Source: Eledone cirrhosa
Lineage: Eukaryota
NCBI GenBank assembly: GCA_964016885.1
Contig: OZ024741.1
Span: 349,556,001 to 349,620,000 of the forward strand
Direction of reading: 5' to 3'
DNA: 64,000 nt
Of this stretch, positions 29,318 through 43,353 are shown piece by piece. Under the pieces are notes generated by a model, which saw only the letters and a program-made list of their open reading frames with translations, did not search any database and was not told the origin of the DNA. The position numbers and the translations under genes are program-made. Every line of letters begins with the position of its first letter. Position 1 is the first letter of the stretch.

Positions 29318-29408
29318 AGTAGTGGCGCACGTTTCGCGATTGATCAGCACAAGGTTCGATCTGTTTCGATCTTACCCGACTCTGGAATCAAAAGCTCATT
29401 GGACTTCT
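29318..29408 (-). ncRNA. Hammerhead-like motif with ~60-nt extended stem II (family F)
   Basis: Minus strand: AGAAGT-CCAATGA-GCTTTTGATT...GATCAATCGC-GAAAC-GTGC-GCC-ACTACT-C-AATAAA. Confidence 0.6.
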
Positions 29409-29898
29409 GTTATGGTAATGAGAGCATGGACCTCTTAAGGCTTTGAAACAGTATATAACGATTCACATTCATTTTCTCCCATACACAATGACAGGGAAGT
29501 GATATTTGCAAACGGAATGTATTATCAACTAAAAAAAAAATGTTTCTTTTACCGCAAAGGGTAAATTATCAATAACAGCAGAATCCTAATAGCATTGAAC
29601 TGAAACAAACAACCACAGCGGCAGGAAATGTCATCAGTGTAGTCAACATAAGTAATACTATTTATTTCCAGCAGACAGACAGACAACAACAACAACAACA
29701 ACAACAGCAATTACATTAACATATACAATAACGTAGTGTCAAACAACAAGTGTTCCGTGGTGAGCGTCACATCACTTTGTATGTCAAAGAGAAATTTACG
29801 GTTCATGTTGTTTTACTTTGAATGGACTTTAATGGGTTCCACATTCTATACCCGTTGGCTGGAACATGTAAAACTGTATATATTCACACACCCGAATG

Positions 29899-29931
<33 letters not shown>

Positions 29932-29951
29932 ACACACACACACACACACAC

Positions 29952-30009
<58 letters not shown>

Positions 30010-30119
30010 ATGTTTTATAAATAAGGTACTGAAAAGAATAAGTTGAGAAGGGACGTGAATTTCATGATGATATCAAACGAATATTCTCGACCTCTCGAAA
30101 TCATTTCTGTATGGTGTAT

Positions 30120-30174
<55 letters not shown>

Positions 30175-30176
<2 letters not shown>

Positions 30177-30290
30177 TGAAAGGCAAACAGATATAACAAA
30201 GAAGAAATATATTCTTTAACGCTTGAAATAGCAAGAAAGGACCCTTAACATTTCGGACATTATTCCTTCATCAGAAGATAGATTTAGAAT
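30175..30290 (-). mobile_element. Family C element with hammerhead motif (30243-30277)
   Basis: Minus strand: TCTT-CTGATGA-A-GGA(ataatg)TCC-GAAATGTT-AAGG; the tail runs into (CA)n. Confidence 0.72.
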
Positions 30291-30380
30291 TTAAAAATAA
30301 AATAGAAAGATAAAGGAGAAGAGGAAGGAACGGGAAAACATGAGGGAAAAAAGGGGGAAATATACATATATATCTATACG

Positions 30381-30452
<72 letters not shown>

Positions 30453-30879
30453 CCCTATATCAAATTACAGCAAACCTTCATAATTTGACATATAATCAAG
30501 TGTGTGTCACATGGACGTTACACTTGCAGGCAACAGAAAAACATGGTTGTTCCTTGTAAGATATATTTGAACTGGAATTATATTAACAATATTTTTGTTG
30601 TAACTGTCAGTCATTGCTTGTTTTTGTGGAAATTAACGTCCTTATTCCTTTTCCAGAGAAACATTTTCTGCGCGTATATATGTAATGTGTTGTACTGTGG
30701 GTGGATGTATGTATTTGTGAAAGTATATCTTGAATTGATATCACCATATTTTCATATATATATATGCCTGCATCTATCTATATATATATATATATATGGA
30801 TGTATAAATATATATATATATATAACAATATCAATCTCCCCTCCCCCTCTCTTTCTCTCTCTCTCTATATATATAATAT

Positions 30880-31149
30880 ATAAAATAATACAGTGACGAT
30901 TTGGTTAAGCCTTCATTACGTTTATTGATCTGGCCCGACTCTGGATTTCAGAGTCGGGCCAGATCGAACCTTGAGCTGATTAATAGCGAAACGCGCGTCA
31001 CCAAACAATAAACGTAATGAAGGCTTAACTAAATCGTCCTTGTATTATTTTATTACACTCTGTCTAGCCCTACACCTCGATACTGACATGAACCTAAACA
31101 TCGAGTGTTCACCTGGGTAAACCTACAGTAACTTCACGTTACACTTCCT

Positions 31150-31152
<3 letters not shown>
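30880..31152 (+). mobile_element. Family F element with 5' fold-back and 3' half of a hammerhead
   Basis: Arms 30880-30927/31006-31053 and 30927-30943/30949-30965. GC-GAAAC-GCGC-GTC-ACC...AATAAA at 30986-31012. Confidence 0.8.
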
Positions 31153-31184
<32 letters not shown>

Positions 31185-31188
<4 letters not shown>

Positions 31189-31770
31189 TACCTAGGACAA
31201 GAAGTGAACATGCGCCGAGACATTGAGAGGGAGATCTCGCAGAGAGTAAGGCCCGGATGGAAGGCGTTCAACGGCATAAGGGATGTGCTCATGGGGAGGT
31301 TGGACAAGACCACCCGCGCCAACCTCTTCAATAGCACAGTTTTACCTGCAATGTTTTATGGCAGTGAAACTTGGGCTACAACGAAGAGAGAAGAGCAGAG
31401 GCTGGTAACGGCTCAAAGAGCCATGGAGAGATCAATGCTAGGCTAGGAAACTCGTTGAGAGAGCACATCATGAGCGAAGTCATCAGACAGAAGTCCGGCG
31501 TGAGGGCGTCATCACGGAATATATGCGCAGCAAGTTCAGATGGGCCGGACACGTCGCCCGGTTCACCGATAATCGGTGGACCCGCGCAGTTGCCGAGTGG
31601 CACCCGCGCGAGCGGAAACGACCACTCTGAAGGCCTCCATGAAGGTGGAGTTACGATTTTAGGAATTTGATTGGGACTACATGGATGAGGAAAGCACGAT
31701 CCAGAGAGGAATGGACGGCGTGCTGTGACCAGCGGCGCCGAATGGACGCCCGACAGACTGGTCGGTCAAG

Positions 31771-31774
<4 letters not shown>
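31185..31774 (+). mobile_element. RTE-clade LINE, 5'-truncated RT C-terminus, within (TA)n
   Basis: YLGQEV...GWKAFNGI...LFNSTVLPAMFYGSETW...AQRAMERSMLG, then after frameshifts WAGHVARFTDNRWTR. Confidence 0.92.
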
Positions 31775-31831
<57 letters not shown>

Positions 31832-32557
31832 TAGAGAGAGAGATGAATAGAATGAAGAAGTATTATTTAAATCTATAATATAATAAACACATATATAATT
31901 TTCCACGTTTTCGCTACCTTGAATATTTTCGCACACTTATTTATAAATATTTATAACCGTTGTTTGTTGGTATTCCTTTAACGTAAGATATATGTATGTA
32001 TATTTATTATATTATATTTTGTATCAAATATTCACGCCATGTCATATTCTTAGACAACTGGACGGCATTTAGATCTATTGTAACTGTTTAAAGCAATGTA
32101 TACTTCCATTTTTGATCTCTTGTATTACTAAACATAGTATTTAAATGTATTTTGCTTTTTGTTAATTCTATTCATTTATTGAATGAGGTTGCTTGTAAGA
32201 CGTTATGTTCCTCTCAAGTACAAAATAAATACATGTCTGAGAACTGAAAACTGCTGTATATAAACATTCCTCAATATTGATTCACGATGCCTCAGCCTCC
32301 GCTATGAAGATTTGACATGCTCAGAAGCTTTCTCATTAAAACATAAAACGTTGTCTCTCAGATTGCATACATTGTTCACATAAGCACTTATTTTTACTCT
32401 AGCTTTCAAAATTGATATATCAGATAACAGTTAATATAGTCTTTTTCTTTTAATTTACTCCATATTATATTTCCCAATCATGACGTAATTATTGTCAGGT
32501 TTGTAACAGCAAGAAGTCTAGCCATGAGTACGCAACAAGTTGCGTGTATAATAGTAG

Positions 32558-32795
32558 CAGGGGCGGTGGAAGCATTTTTGAATTGCGGGGCGCCAAATTT
32601 GGACAATTTAGTTGTAGTGATTAGTTTATCAAATATCAACCAAGATATAAAAACTTGGATATGCGATAAATATAACATGCACATACATTTTAGCGCATAT
32701 ACAAATAGATGTATTATGGTAGTTCGAATAGAAAAATATAATTATTGGGGAGGGGGTTATACTCCCCCCTGTCTGCCCCAGTTCCACCGCCCCTA
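32558..32795. mobile_element. MITE with 8-bp TSD (hAT/P-like)
   Basis: TIR AGGGGCGGTGGAA / TTCCACCGCCCCT. Flanks AATAGTAG and TATTGTAG (6/8 identical). Confidence 0.8.
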
Positions 32796-32974
32796 TATTG
32801 TAGTAAATATATACCGCTGAGGTCACTATCAGTTAAAATGGACTTAGGTTCCTTAATAGAATTAGAACTCATCTTGAAAGCAGATAACCCTAATAAATTA
32901 ATTGATAGAGGTAACTTTAAGTAAGAAACAATAGTTATATGATTATATTTCTCATAAAAGTGATCCGGGTTTAT

Positions 32975-33190
32975 GACAGTATCGATAGAGCGTCGAATAA
33001 AATGCTTTGTGGTATTTAGTTACATGTTTCTACAAACTGGGTTCAAATTCCACCGAGGTCAATTTCACCTTTCATTCCTCCTCGGTTGATAAAATAAAAG
33101 TACCAGTAAGGCACTGGGTAGGTTTAATCATTTTTCTGCTTCCCTTCAAATTGCTGGCCTTGTGCCTAAATCAGAAACCATTATTGTTAT
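32975..33190 (+). mobile_element. Older SINE copy
   Basis: GGTTCAAATTCCACCGAGGTC...TTTCATTCC...GATAAAATAAAGTACCAG...TTGCTGGCCTTGTGCC. Confidence 0.82.
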
Positions 33191-33191
33191 T

Positions 33192-35700
33192 AGTCATACG
33201 TTTATTGTGGCCAAAACTGCATTACTCAGCATAGCTCTGTGCGCCATGGGTATCTGCAGTGGTAGTGTTATTTCTATTGTATTGAGAGTACTGTTCGTAA
33301 TATGTGTGCGGTGCCTAGTAGTGCTATTTTTTGTATGCTGTATATATTTGTGAATGTTGGTGTTTTGGTTATATGTCTGTCTGTGTTTTATCATTCCCAG
33401 AGCACCTATTATAGGTATTATTTCTGTCTTCAACATCCACATTCGGGTTATTTCTATCTCTAGATCCTTATATTTGGATAGTTTTTCCATTTCCTATTGT
33501 CGTCCGTAAGAATTGATACATCCATTAGAAGACATTTTTGTTAGTGGCCTTTAACTATAATATCCAATCGATTGACTTTGATCTCCCTACCTGTATGTAT
33601 TGACATATCCCAATGTATGGTTGCTACTTTATTCATGGATAGTGTGTTTAGTATCCGAGTATGGAAAACACTGTCAAACGCCTCTTTGTTGTCAACCCAT
33701 TCCGTTGTTTTTCTGTACTTTTCCGATGTGGCTTTATTGATTAGCAACTAGAAGCAAGTTATTTTTTCAAGGTTTTTTTATCATTTTCTGCGATACTATT
33801 GCAACTAAAGTTTTTTAAATAGTAGAAAGTCATGTTATGGGCTTGTATTTTGGTGGTAAAGGGGTTGCTGGGTCATCATTTTGGGTGATCGGGGTGTTTT
33901 ATTTTTCTTAGTAAGCCAGTCAGGTGCTTTTTCTGATATTGTTAGCAACTCATTAAACTTTTTTACAAGTACACAATATATCTTTGTTAAATATATCAAC
34001 CAAACGTTTGGGATTTGTCATGTCCCGGTTCCTTCCAGCTGCTTGTTTGTTTCAGTTTGCTAGACACATCATCTGTTATAATATCTTCCAACAGTTGTTC
34101 CGGGGCTGTTTTCGTTGTTCTTCCTAATTCTGTGCATGTGCATAGTAATTTTCCTTCTCCCTCTGCCCATAATCTTCTCCAGAACTTTTCCACTTCTTTT
34201 ACTTTTGGGTCTACATTTACCTCTAATTTGCTACTATTAAGTTCCTGATAGAGAGCCGTTTTTGTTGGAGTGAAATAGCTGGTTTTGTTCAAATAACGTT
34301 TAGCGCTTTTCATATCTCCTTCTGTTTCTGTATTTGATGTTTTATGCATTCCTTAGTCTCCGGATTCCCTTTTGTTATATTATATTTCTTTAGTATTTTT
34401 ATCTTCTTCCTATTCCTAGTTTTGTTGTTTTCTTCCCTATTTAATTTAAGATTGAGAGGTTTCTTTTCTTTTCTTTTCTTTTCTTTTCTTTTCTTTTCTT
34501 TTCTTTTCTCTTCTCTTCTCTTCTCTTCTTTTCTTTTCTTTTCTCTTCTTTTCTTTTCTTTTCTTTTCTCTTCTTTTCTTTTCTTTTCTCTTCTTTTCTC
34601 TTCTCTTCTTTTCTTTTCTTTTCTTTTCTTTTCTTTTCTTTTCTTTTCTTTTCTTTTCTTTTCTTTTCTTTTCTTTTCTTTTCTTTTCTTTTCTTTTCTT
34701 TTCTTTTCTTTTCTTTTCTTTTCTTTTCTTTTCTTTTCTTTTCTTTTCTTTTCTCTTCTTTTCTTTTCTCTTCTTTTCTTTTCTTTTCTCTTCTTTTCTT
34801 TTCTCTTCTTTTCTCTTCTTTTCTTTTCTTTTCTCTTCTTTTCTTTTCTCTTCTTTTCTTTTCTCTTTAATTTTCATATTTGTGTGGCTTTCGTTGTTCT
34901 TGTGTGTGTATATCTAAGGGGAACCCACTTTCTTTTGTAACAACAGCAGCTACTGCATGTATTATATTATTTAGCCTTGCGATATTAATATTTCTATTCG
35001 TGTTTATTGATGGTTAGATCAGCTTATTTGTTATAATTGTTGCTTTTTAACTTATTAATTGTTATCTTTGGTATGTATATTCTTTGGTCCATAGGAAGAT
35101 CTTCTATTGTTTGGAGTTCTTAGATTATTTCTGGCTTTATCCTATTGTGGTCTTGAGTTTCGTCTTTTTCCGACATATTTCTCCTATTTTTTTTTCATTT
35201 GTATTTTGGGCTGTGTAGTCCTGAATCTTTCTTGTTTGTCATTCTCTCTGTGTTTTAGGGTTGGGGTCTGTTGTGTTTTGTTATTTGTTTTGTATGATTT
35301 GACATGGTGGTTTTATCTTCATGTTTTAAATTCTCCATATATTTATGTTCGTTAGTTGTTTTGTGTTCGTTATTTGTACTTTCGCTGTTATTTGTACTTT
35401 TAATAGCTCTATTTTCATATCTGACCATTTCTTTTTCTTTTTTTTTTTTGTCTTTTAATATGTATCTAGTTGAATTTGCTAGTTTGTTGGCGTCGAGCTT
35501 TAAATTGTGGGTTGTTGTTTTGGGGAGCCTGATATTATATGTGTGTGTTGTATTTTAATGTTTAAGGTATAGTGTTGCCGTAAAATATGCGTGTAGAATC
35601 GAAGCATATTTCTTAAGAATCCATTTATGTCTTTTTGATTGATTCTGTAGCATTTGAGGAGTATGGTGTGACGCAGAGTTTAGAATGCTATCATTTCTGT
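33192..35700 (-). mobile_element. Decayed R4/Dong-type (REL endonuclease) LINE, interrupted by a (TTTTC)n expansion
   Basis: EKLSKYKDLEIEITRMW...IIPIIGALGMI; HWDMSIHTGREIKVNRLDIIV; WKEPGHDK; EVEKFWRRLW. The 5' boundary is approximate. Confidence 0.8.
34460..34865. repeat. (TTTTC)n pentanucleotide array
   Basis: Directly visible, ~400 bp of pure pyrimidine. Confidence 0.98.
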
Positions 35701-36319
35701 TTGGTACAAGCCTTTGTGTTTCTAAATTTGTGCATTTTTATATAATTTTATTCGCAAATTTTCCATTACAAATGTTTCAACGGGTTTGACGATTACGCGG
35801 TGTGTTGATTCCATAGCATCATTCTGGTCTCTTCAGATGGTCTTCGGAACATTAGTTTATCCACCCCTGGTTCTAAGGGAACTGATAAAATTCAATCTCC
35901 TCTCTCTCCAATATCAGCTTCCCTATAAGCTATTGACCACCTATTTATAACGTAGAAGGGATGTCACCCCACCACCACCACCACATCCATCTACGCCACT
36001 AACCATTCGTGGGGACATTGGAATCATGTATACCATATCGGCCACTGTGGGATCGTGGCAGTCGTCAACTTTGGCGTCACTCTCCGTAGTCTACCCGGGA
36101 TCAGACCGAAGAGAAGGGAACAAAAACAATAGGCCAATATATAAAAACCCGTTCATCCTTATTCTTCGCTGTATATACTCCACCTTGACCACCAGATGAA
36201 ACCTGGGATGCTTCAGCCAGTTGAGTGCTTATCTCGGGATATTTCGATATCTACCAGTTAGAGTGTTCGGTGCTAAGCCCTAAATGCGTCTACCTGCATA
36301 TGATATTATATATATATAT

Positions 36320-36480
36320 ATAACACAGAAGGTGTGGTAAGATAGCAGGTGGACCATAACGCACCAGAGTACTCGATACTTAGGGTAGTAGAGTGGGTAA
36401 TTGGAAAATAGCCAGGACCCCGACAGCTGAGCTCCGGCCGTTTCGACAGCTAGATCCGAACTGTTCGGATCTTTTCCTAT
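36320..36480 (-). mobile_element. Family E short element between TA tracts
   Basis: Homologous to 15481 and 49150. The 5' end carries the hairpin GATCCGAAC/GTTCGGATC followed by TAGCTGTC-GAAAC. Confidence 0.8.
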
Positions 36481-36490
36481 ATATATATAT

Positions 36491-36577
<87 letters not shown>

Positions 36578-36608
36578 ACAATATATATATATATATATAT
36601 ATATATTG

Positions 36609-36878
36609 TTATATTAAAATTAAACGAGAAAAACTCTAGTTACGGGAGTATAAACAAGACACCAGGTAATACAATACCACGTGCAGTGATACGTTTTCAA
36701 ATCTCTTAAGATGTTATGACTACTTGATAAGCTTATTAATGTCGCTAGAAATACCAGCTTAAAGACCGTCTGGTACAGCTCGACAAATTTCGGAGCAGTT
36801 TAATATTAATTAAAGGTTAATTAGTCACTAATACCCAAACATCTCAATGAAAGAAATCTCTCGTTTAATTTTGATATA
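36609..36878. mobile_element. Element bounded by ~20-bp inverted termini next to (TA)n
   Basis: TATATTAAAATTAAACGAGA versus TCTCGTTTAATTTTGATATA (one mismatch). Confidence 0.55.
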
Positions 36879-37857
36879 TAATATTGCTTCTCTGCTTGGT
36901 TATTCCAACATTTCTGCTTCAATATTATAAACTCTAAAAATATGTATTAGCTGAAAAATTATGAACAGGTCCATTCTTTATTGTCAATGATATCTCAAAA
37001 TTTTCCTATTCAACAGTTTCGTTTTTTCTCCAATGAGGTTTTAGATCATTGTAATTTAGTACTAGAATGTCTATTAGTAGTTTGTCAGAAATACAGGGGA
37101 AACGGTTAAATGAATGTGCTTGCCTAAGTTGAATAACAGAAAAAATGATAAATTCTACTCACACGGGTGTTAAGTAGCATACTACAAGTCAAGATTTCGA
37201 ATACCAGTCTTTGTGGTATGACTGTACTTAGCTACCTCGGAAACATAATGATACGTCAACAACTATTACTTACTGATAAAATGTTATAATTTTTCAGTTT
37301 AAATGATTTCTTCAATTACTTTTATCACCTCTTCGTTACATTAGTTTGTTTTATCTTGAACGACTCCACATGAAATTTAACTCAGTGAGTATATTACATT
37401 CAAAACGAAATCTAAACTTCAGCTCTTTTACTTTATTGTTACCAACTCAAAATACGTATTCCCTCTTTTCAGTCGATAAGAAGAGAAAGAAAAAAAAATT
37501 AGAAGTATATATATAATCCAATAGAATATGGAATTTCAACATAAATTGATTATGAAATTCTTGTTCACTTAAATTTTCGTGTAACTGAAATCTGATAATT
37601 TCTGGCATGAACAATGTTTGAACTCAGTTCTTGAATATTTAATGATAGCGGAACATATCCTCATTATGTTTCTAGATAACATACCAATACTTGACATTCT
37701 GTATAATTCGTGAAGGGCTTGTAGCTTTGAAAATATCATATTCTCCATAATGACTCTTCACAAACAAATATTAACATCAGCATTAGAGATGATGAGATAT
37801 ATGTTTCTTCTTCTTCTTCTTCTTCTTCTTCTTCTTCTTCTTCTTCTTCTTCTTCTT

Positions 37858-38690
37858 GGGAGGATCGTCAAGCACGCCTTCCAGCAGGTCCTGTTAGGAG
37901 CAAACGTCTTTAATTGGTTTAGCTGGATCCCCGAGAGAGTCAAGCCGAGCTTATAAATGTTATCAAACCATCTTGTTCGTGGTCTACTTCCAGATCTCTC
38001 ACCGGCTGGTTTTTACCCGTAAAATTTGACCAGCGATCCTTTCCTGGGACACTGTCACCATATTATCGGAACTGTGATCTCTCGATTCGGAGAAGTAGCG
38101 GCTCTATCTGGAGCAACTCTCTGATCTTACGTTACTCCAAAGAACCTTCGGGGAAACCTCATTTCGGCCGCTTGTATTAGCAATCGTTTTCCTTCGGTCA
38201 TTACCCAGGGGTTGGTTCGAATACCGAATTGTAAAAGTTTTGCTTTTACGCCTACCTCTCTTCTTCTGATGACCGAATGCTGGCACCACACTTGTGTAGT
38301 AATGTTTTCGTCCTCGATCCAAATATACAGTACCAGAGCCACGGAATTTTGTAGAAGAAACCCCAACTGTGTATAATCAGTAGCACCTGGCCTTCTCCAG
38401 TGGTCCCTGCACGTTACCTGTAATGGTTCTAATGTTCCAGTTACCAATTATCAAGGTTTGCTCTTTTCCGGACCCTCTCTTGGGTCTCAGGATGCGTAAC
38501 CTTTTTGCTTCTATCCCACTCCTCCCAGAATATGTCGCAAACCCATCACCAATTCTTGCAACGTTGAGTAGATATTGCAATATATTTTTCAAACAGGCCC
38601 CTCTACCTAAGGCCTAATTGTGTCCTTTGTCATCCCGTCCAACTACGATGGTGACCCCTTCACCTACCCATCCCTACCACCACCACCCTG
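37858..38690 (-). mobile_element. Internally deleted RTE LINE with (GAA)n tail
   Basis: An APE-endonuclease start motif (IGNWNIRTITG) lies ~250 bp from an RT C-terminal motif (WVMTEGKRLLIQAAEMRFPRR). The (CTT)n tract at 37806-37857 is the tail. Confidence 0.75.
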
Positions 38691-38793
38691 CTATCAACAA
38701 CTTGAAACAATGTGCAGGTACATAAATGAGAGCATGTGTATATAAAAAAATGTGAGTGCGTGTATATATATATATATGCGTGTGTATGTATTG

Positions 38794-38828
<35 letters not shown>

Positions 38829-39249
38829 GTGTATGTATGTGTGTGTATTCATGGATAGATATGTGCGTTTGGGTGTGTATGAGTATGTATGTATGTATAT
38901 GTATGTGTATATATATATATATATATATATACATACGTTTACATAGCTATTAGTAAGTGCGCACGTGCAGACTTCGCAGCATGTGTGACTGTATGTGTGT
39001 ACGTGGTGATTGGTCAATTCCCATATATGGGTGGGTGTGTGTGTATGTGTGTATGTGTGTGTATGGTTTTTATACAGGATGCAGTCAGATGAGATTTTGG
39101 TCTTACTTGATTAACAGGTCTAATGAGCAAATCGAGCTGCAATCGGATCTATATGGATCCCGAGCCAGCCATCTGTGAAACGGTCGACCTGTGCATATCA
39201 ATGAAGACCTCAATGTGAAACCTTGTTTAGTTTTATATATATATATATA

Positions 39250-39400
39250 AGGTAAACAGAAATAACAATACAATCGGTACAATATAAGGAAGGGCTATTT
39301 TAGGTTAACGTTTGAAATAGCAGACAGAGGGTCTTAACGTTTCGGACGTTAGTCCTTCCTCAGAAGAAAGAATGAGAAATAAGGGTGGAATTAGAAAAAT
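39250..39400 (-). mobile_element. Family C element
   Basis: Shares its tail (CTATTTCAAACGTTAA...TTTCTGTTT) with 30175, 41115 and 45980. Confidence 0.75.
39332..39367 (-). ncRNA. Intact minimal type I hammerhead motif (family C)
   Basis: TCTT-CTGAGGA-A-GGAC(taac)GTCC-GAAACGTT-AAGA: all core residues, 4-bp stems I and II, loop-less palindromic stem III. Confidence 0.8.
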
Positions 39401-40413
39401 GTTTTTAGAGAAAAATAATAGGTCCATTCATGTTGCCATATCCATATTTATATATTTGAGTATATATGTATATATATGTATATGTAGAAAATATCCGTAT
39501 GTGTGAAAAAAGAAAAGGAAAACAGTGCTCAGTCTGGGAAGAGAGCTGATAAATTATAATATCTATTTATGTTAAACACGGAAAGGTTTTTAAATAAAGG
39601 AAAGGTTTTTTTTAATTTTAATCATCTTAATCTTTCTAATTAAGTCATCTTCATAATTATCCAAGAAGACATTATACGGAGGACTTCAGTAGGTTTTGTA
39701 TCGGTATCTCTTTAAAGGTGATTTATCAGCTTGCTGTTTCTTCTCAATTTTCCGGTCGTAATAGAAGTTTCGCCACCTGATTCTTCTGATAAATGAGTTT
39801 ACACTATCACTCAGAAGATTGCGGTACGAATCATTATCAGGTATGGGTATATTTTTGAGGGATGTCGGTAGGTGACGTTTACATTAACGACACAGGTACA
39901 TAGTATAACGATATTTTTTGTTGATATATCAACACGTAGTTGCCTTTGTAGGTTGAAAATAACCTTACTAGAGTTCTTCATTTCATTAATTCTGTATGAG
40001 CAATTCAAAATATTGTCGTAAGTTTAAATATTATCGTTTTAGCTATGCACTGTGACTTTCAAATCTGTGCAGGATATCTTCTAACAACATGCTTACTTAC
40101 AATTCAACGTCACCTAATATGCTTATATTAATACTCTCTTCTCTAATTACACAGATAGCTTGCTTCATATTTCTTACGTGTTCTGTTCGTTTTATGAAAG
40201 CTTATTTTCATATTTTCCTCGTGTGTTAAGTAACTCAATGTATCTATCTATATTCCCTGACGAAATGTGGCTATGTTTTTGTGCAATACAAATTATTAAA
40301 TGTTTGACCGATTAATTGATTGATTCTTTCTATCGGCGCTACATTATCTCCGTAGAAATAATTGTTGAAATTAAAGATAGAATTTAAACAAAACCTTGGC
40401 TTTCTTTTGTATG

Positions 40414-40538
<125 letters not shown>

Positions 40539-41099
40539 TATATGTGTGTGTATACTTGTTTCTATGCTCATGTTTGCAGGTATACGTACACACAATGAAT
40601 GTATATATAGCAATACTTGGTGGCGGCGTGTGAATAAATGACTGAAATTACCTGGCCTCGTGATTATCCATGGTTAATTGTTTTCATTTACCATGACCCA
40701 CATGACATTAATTAACATTCCATTTAATAAAATTCATTAGGACATTACTATACCACACACGTATATATGTTGTCTTCATGATGCAGTGAGGGCGAGGGTG
40801 AGAGAGGAGAATATGTCTGTGTATGTGAGACAGAGAAAATTAGCGAGATATATACAGATTAGCGGCGTAGCAATACGTTTGTTTGAATTAATTCTAAATT
40901 TGTATCATTACTGACAATAGAATAGTGACATGAATGAGAGAAAAAGGACAATAAGTTTCTATACTGCATTAAAAGAAAAGAATATTGAATTAGATTTCAA
41001 ATACTCAAAGGTCCACATGGCTGACTAAAGACACACGTGCTTTTTCTAAAGAATTTTTTGTTTCCTTCCTCTTCTCACTCTATCTTTCTATTTCATTTT

Positions 41100-41237
41100 T
41101 GATTCCTCATTCTATCTCCTGACGAAGGACTAATGTCCAAAACGTAAGGACGCTTTTCCTACTATATCAAGCGTTGAACTAATATATTTCTTCATTGTAC
41201 AGTGATGTTTGCTTTGTTGTTTCCGTTTAATATTTAC

Positions 41238-41240
<3 letters not shown>
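41100..41240 (+). mobile_element. Family C element with degenerate hammerhead (41117-41150)
   Basis: CTGACGA-A-GGAC(taat)GTCC-AAAACGT-AAGGA; the tail runs into (TG)n. Confidence 0.7.
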
Positions 41241-41330
<90 letters not shown>

Positions 41331-41519
41331 GGTGTGTGTTGGTGTGTGTCAGTAGCAACTCTAGCACAGGGTTTTATTCGAGCTTACCAAATTTCTGTTG
41401 TAGAATTTAGTATAAAATATGAACACACAATTTAGAGTATCATATTCAATAGAAGACATTAAGCAGCTTAGTAAATTCTAATTTTACTTTCAACTGAAGA
41501 AATCCCAGGGTTGCCAAAT

Positions 41520-41660
41520 TCTCCTCCCCGCTACGATTATACGAGCTGGCCAGCCTCAAGTGTGAGTATCGCGAGATGGAATGGCTCTTCTAGCGCATCT
41601 CCATTACCATCCTCCGTGGAAATGCCTTCTCTATTCTGTCCGCCGGGGCTGTGGCACCCC
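41520..41660 (+). mobile_element. CRE-like LINE C-terminal remnant
   Basis: Reads EMEWLF*RISITILRGNAFSILSAG, matching the 'RISIAI.RGNA' end of CRE-type REL ORFs. Confidence 0.65.
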
Positions 41661-42099
41661 ATTTGCTCATAATACAAAGAGATTGGGAGGGCGAGAAAGA
41701 TGGAGGCATTGAGAGTGGGAGTTTGGCTCTTCCATGTTCGGACACATTTATCAATTCTATATTGCTGTTTATACTGGTCATTGTACGAAGACAGATTTCG
41801 TTATTTCGTTTCATCAGAAAAGGTTTTAAAAGTGAAGCAAATACCTCAGGCTTTGGAGAATTGACAACACATCCAAACCATGTTTTTAACCTCCTGTCTT
41901 CTATTTAACAATTTCAGCAAATGACTTTCAACAATTGACTTAGATATTTGTTGGCTATCGTACATGACCTATAGGACATCACTAGTTTATTCCCGTCCCT
42001 ACTGAATAAGTGGGCGAATGAGTGGGTGAAGAAGAAGCTTGAAGACGTTACAAGCTGAAGCCACTCGAGATCGCAGTCGAATCACTACCTCATCAATAA

Positions 42100-42185
<86 letters not shown>

Positions 42186-42424
42186 ATAAATATCTAGATA
42201 TATGTGTACTTATTTGTATTATCTGCAAAAAAAAACTATTTTTCCCCATTCTCATTGCTTTACTAATATCATCAGCTTTATCTAAATATTTGTTTTCAAA
42301 ACAAAAATATTAATATTGGTATTGAATGTTGAGACACGATCAATCTGCAATGTAATAAGTCTGATCAAGTAATTTTCCACGTTTCGAGATTTCGATATTG
42401 TTTTTTCAATGATTTCACTTTGGT

Positions 42425-42790
42425 TAATACAGAAATAATAAAAGAAAATGGGAAACAAAAGGAAAAAAAGAATAGGGAAATATAGAAAAAAAAAGAGAGG
42501 AAGAAAAAGAACGGGAAGGGGAGAGGATGGCAAGAGCTCTGGTATCGCAGAAGAGAGGGGAGAGGTGAAGGGGGATGATTGGGCTTTGGGCCTAGAGTAA
42601 AAAAGGGCAGAAGTGCTGCGCCCCGTTGACAAAACGGCAAAAGCATTCCCCCGAACGATGGCCAGTGACACACGCTTCAACAACCACCCAACCTCGCGGG
42701 GCTTCCTCCTCAGACGGGCCACCGACGCACCGATCTTGCAGAGGAGCTCAGCAGTACAGGGTCCAAGTACGCCTGAGGTCTCCCTGACGT
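42425..42790 (-). mobile_element. CRE-like LINE 3' end
   Basis: REVGWLLKRVSLAIVRGNAFAVLSTG followed by a pyrimidine-rich 3'UTR. Confidence 0.75.
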
Positions 42791-43301
42791 TACAATTCAG
42801 TCAAGTAAATATTAAAAATCGGTTTCGTTTCCTCTACTATAATTTGTCAGTCAATTTTCTGTTTACCTCTATCATGAACAAACTGCAACTACGATGTAAT
42901 GTTCTAAGCTAGTTCAACGTGGTGATCCATTAATCATTCAGAAGTTGATGATCCATTAAACATTGAATTAGCTGTCTGTGCAATCATATACCTTGTTAGC
43001 ACATAAATAGGAACATTAGGCTGATTAAGAAAGAGTAATTGTATTACAATATTAACAATGATTTGTAGATTATATACTTAACTAATAAGCCAAACAACTG
43101 TACAGATCATTTCTACGGTAAACACAAATATCAAAGCACATGGTTTGTTCCAATTCCATAACCTACTGCACTACAGCTATTTTAATCTAAGAAAAGATTC
43201 TTTTTATAATAATGTCTGAGAATTTAATTTTACATAGTAAGTCTGTTGTTTATCAAAAGATATACATTTACGCGCCTGTGTGAGTGAGTGAGTGTGTATG
43301 T

Positions 43302-43353
<52 letters not shown>

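Noticed and set aside
36428-36470. Complete hammerhead in family E
   Set aside because: GAAAC is followed by GGCCGGA or GGCTTGA with no convincing cleavage triplet, and all three copies lack a CUGANGA half; unresolved.
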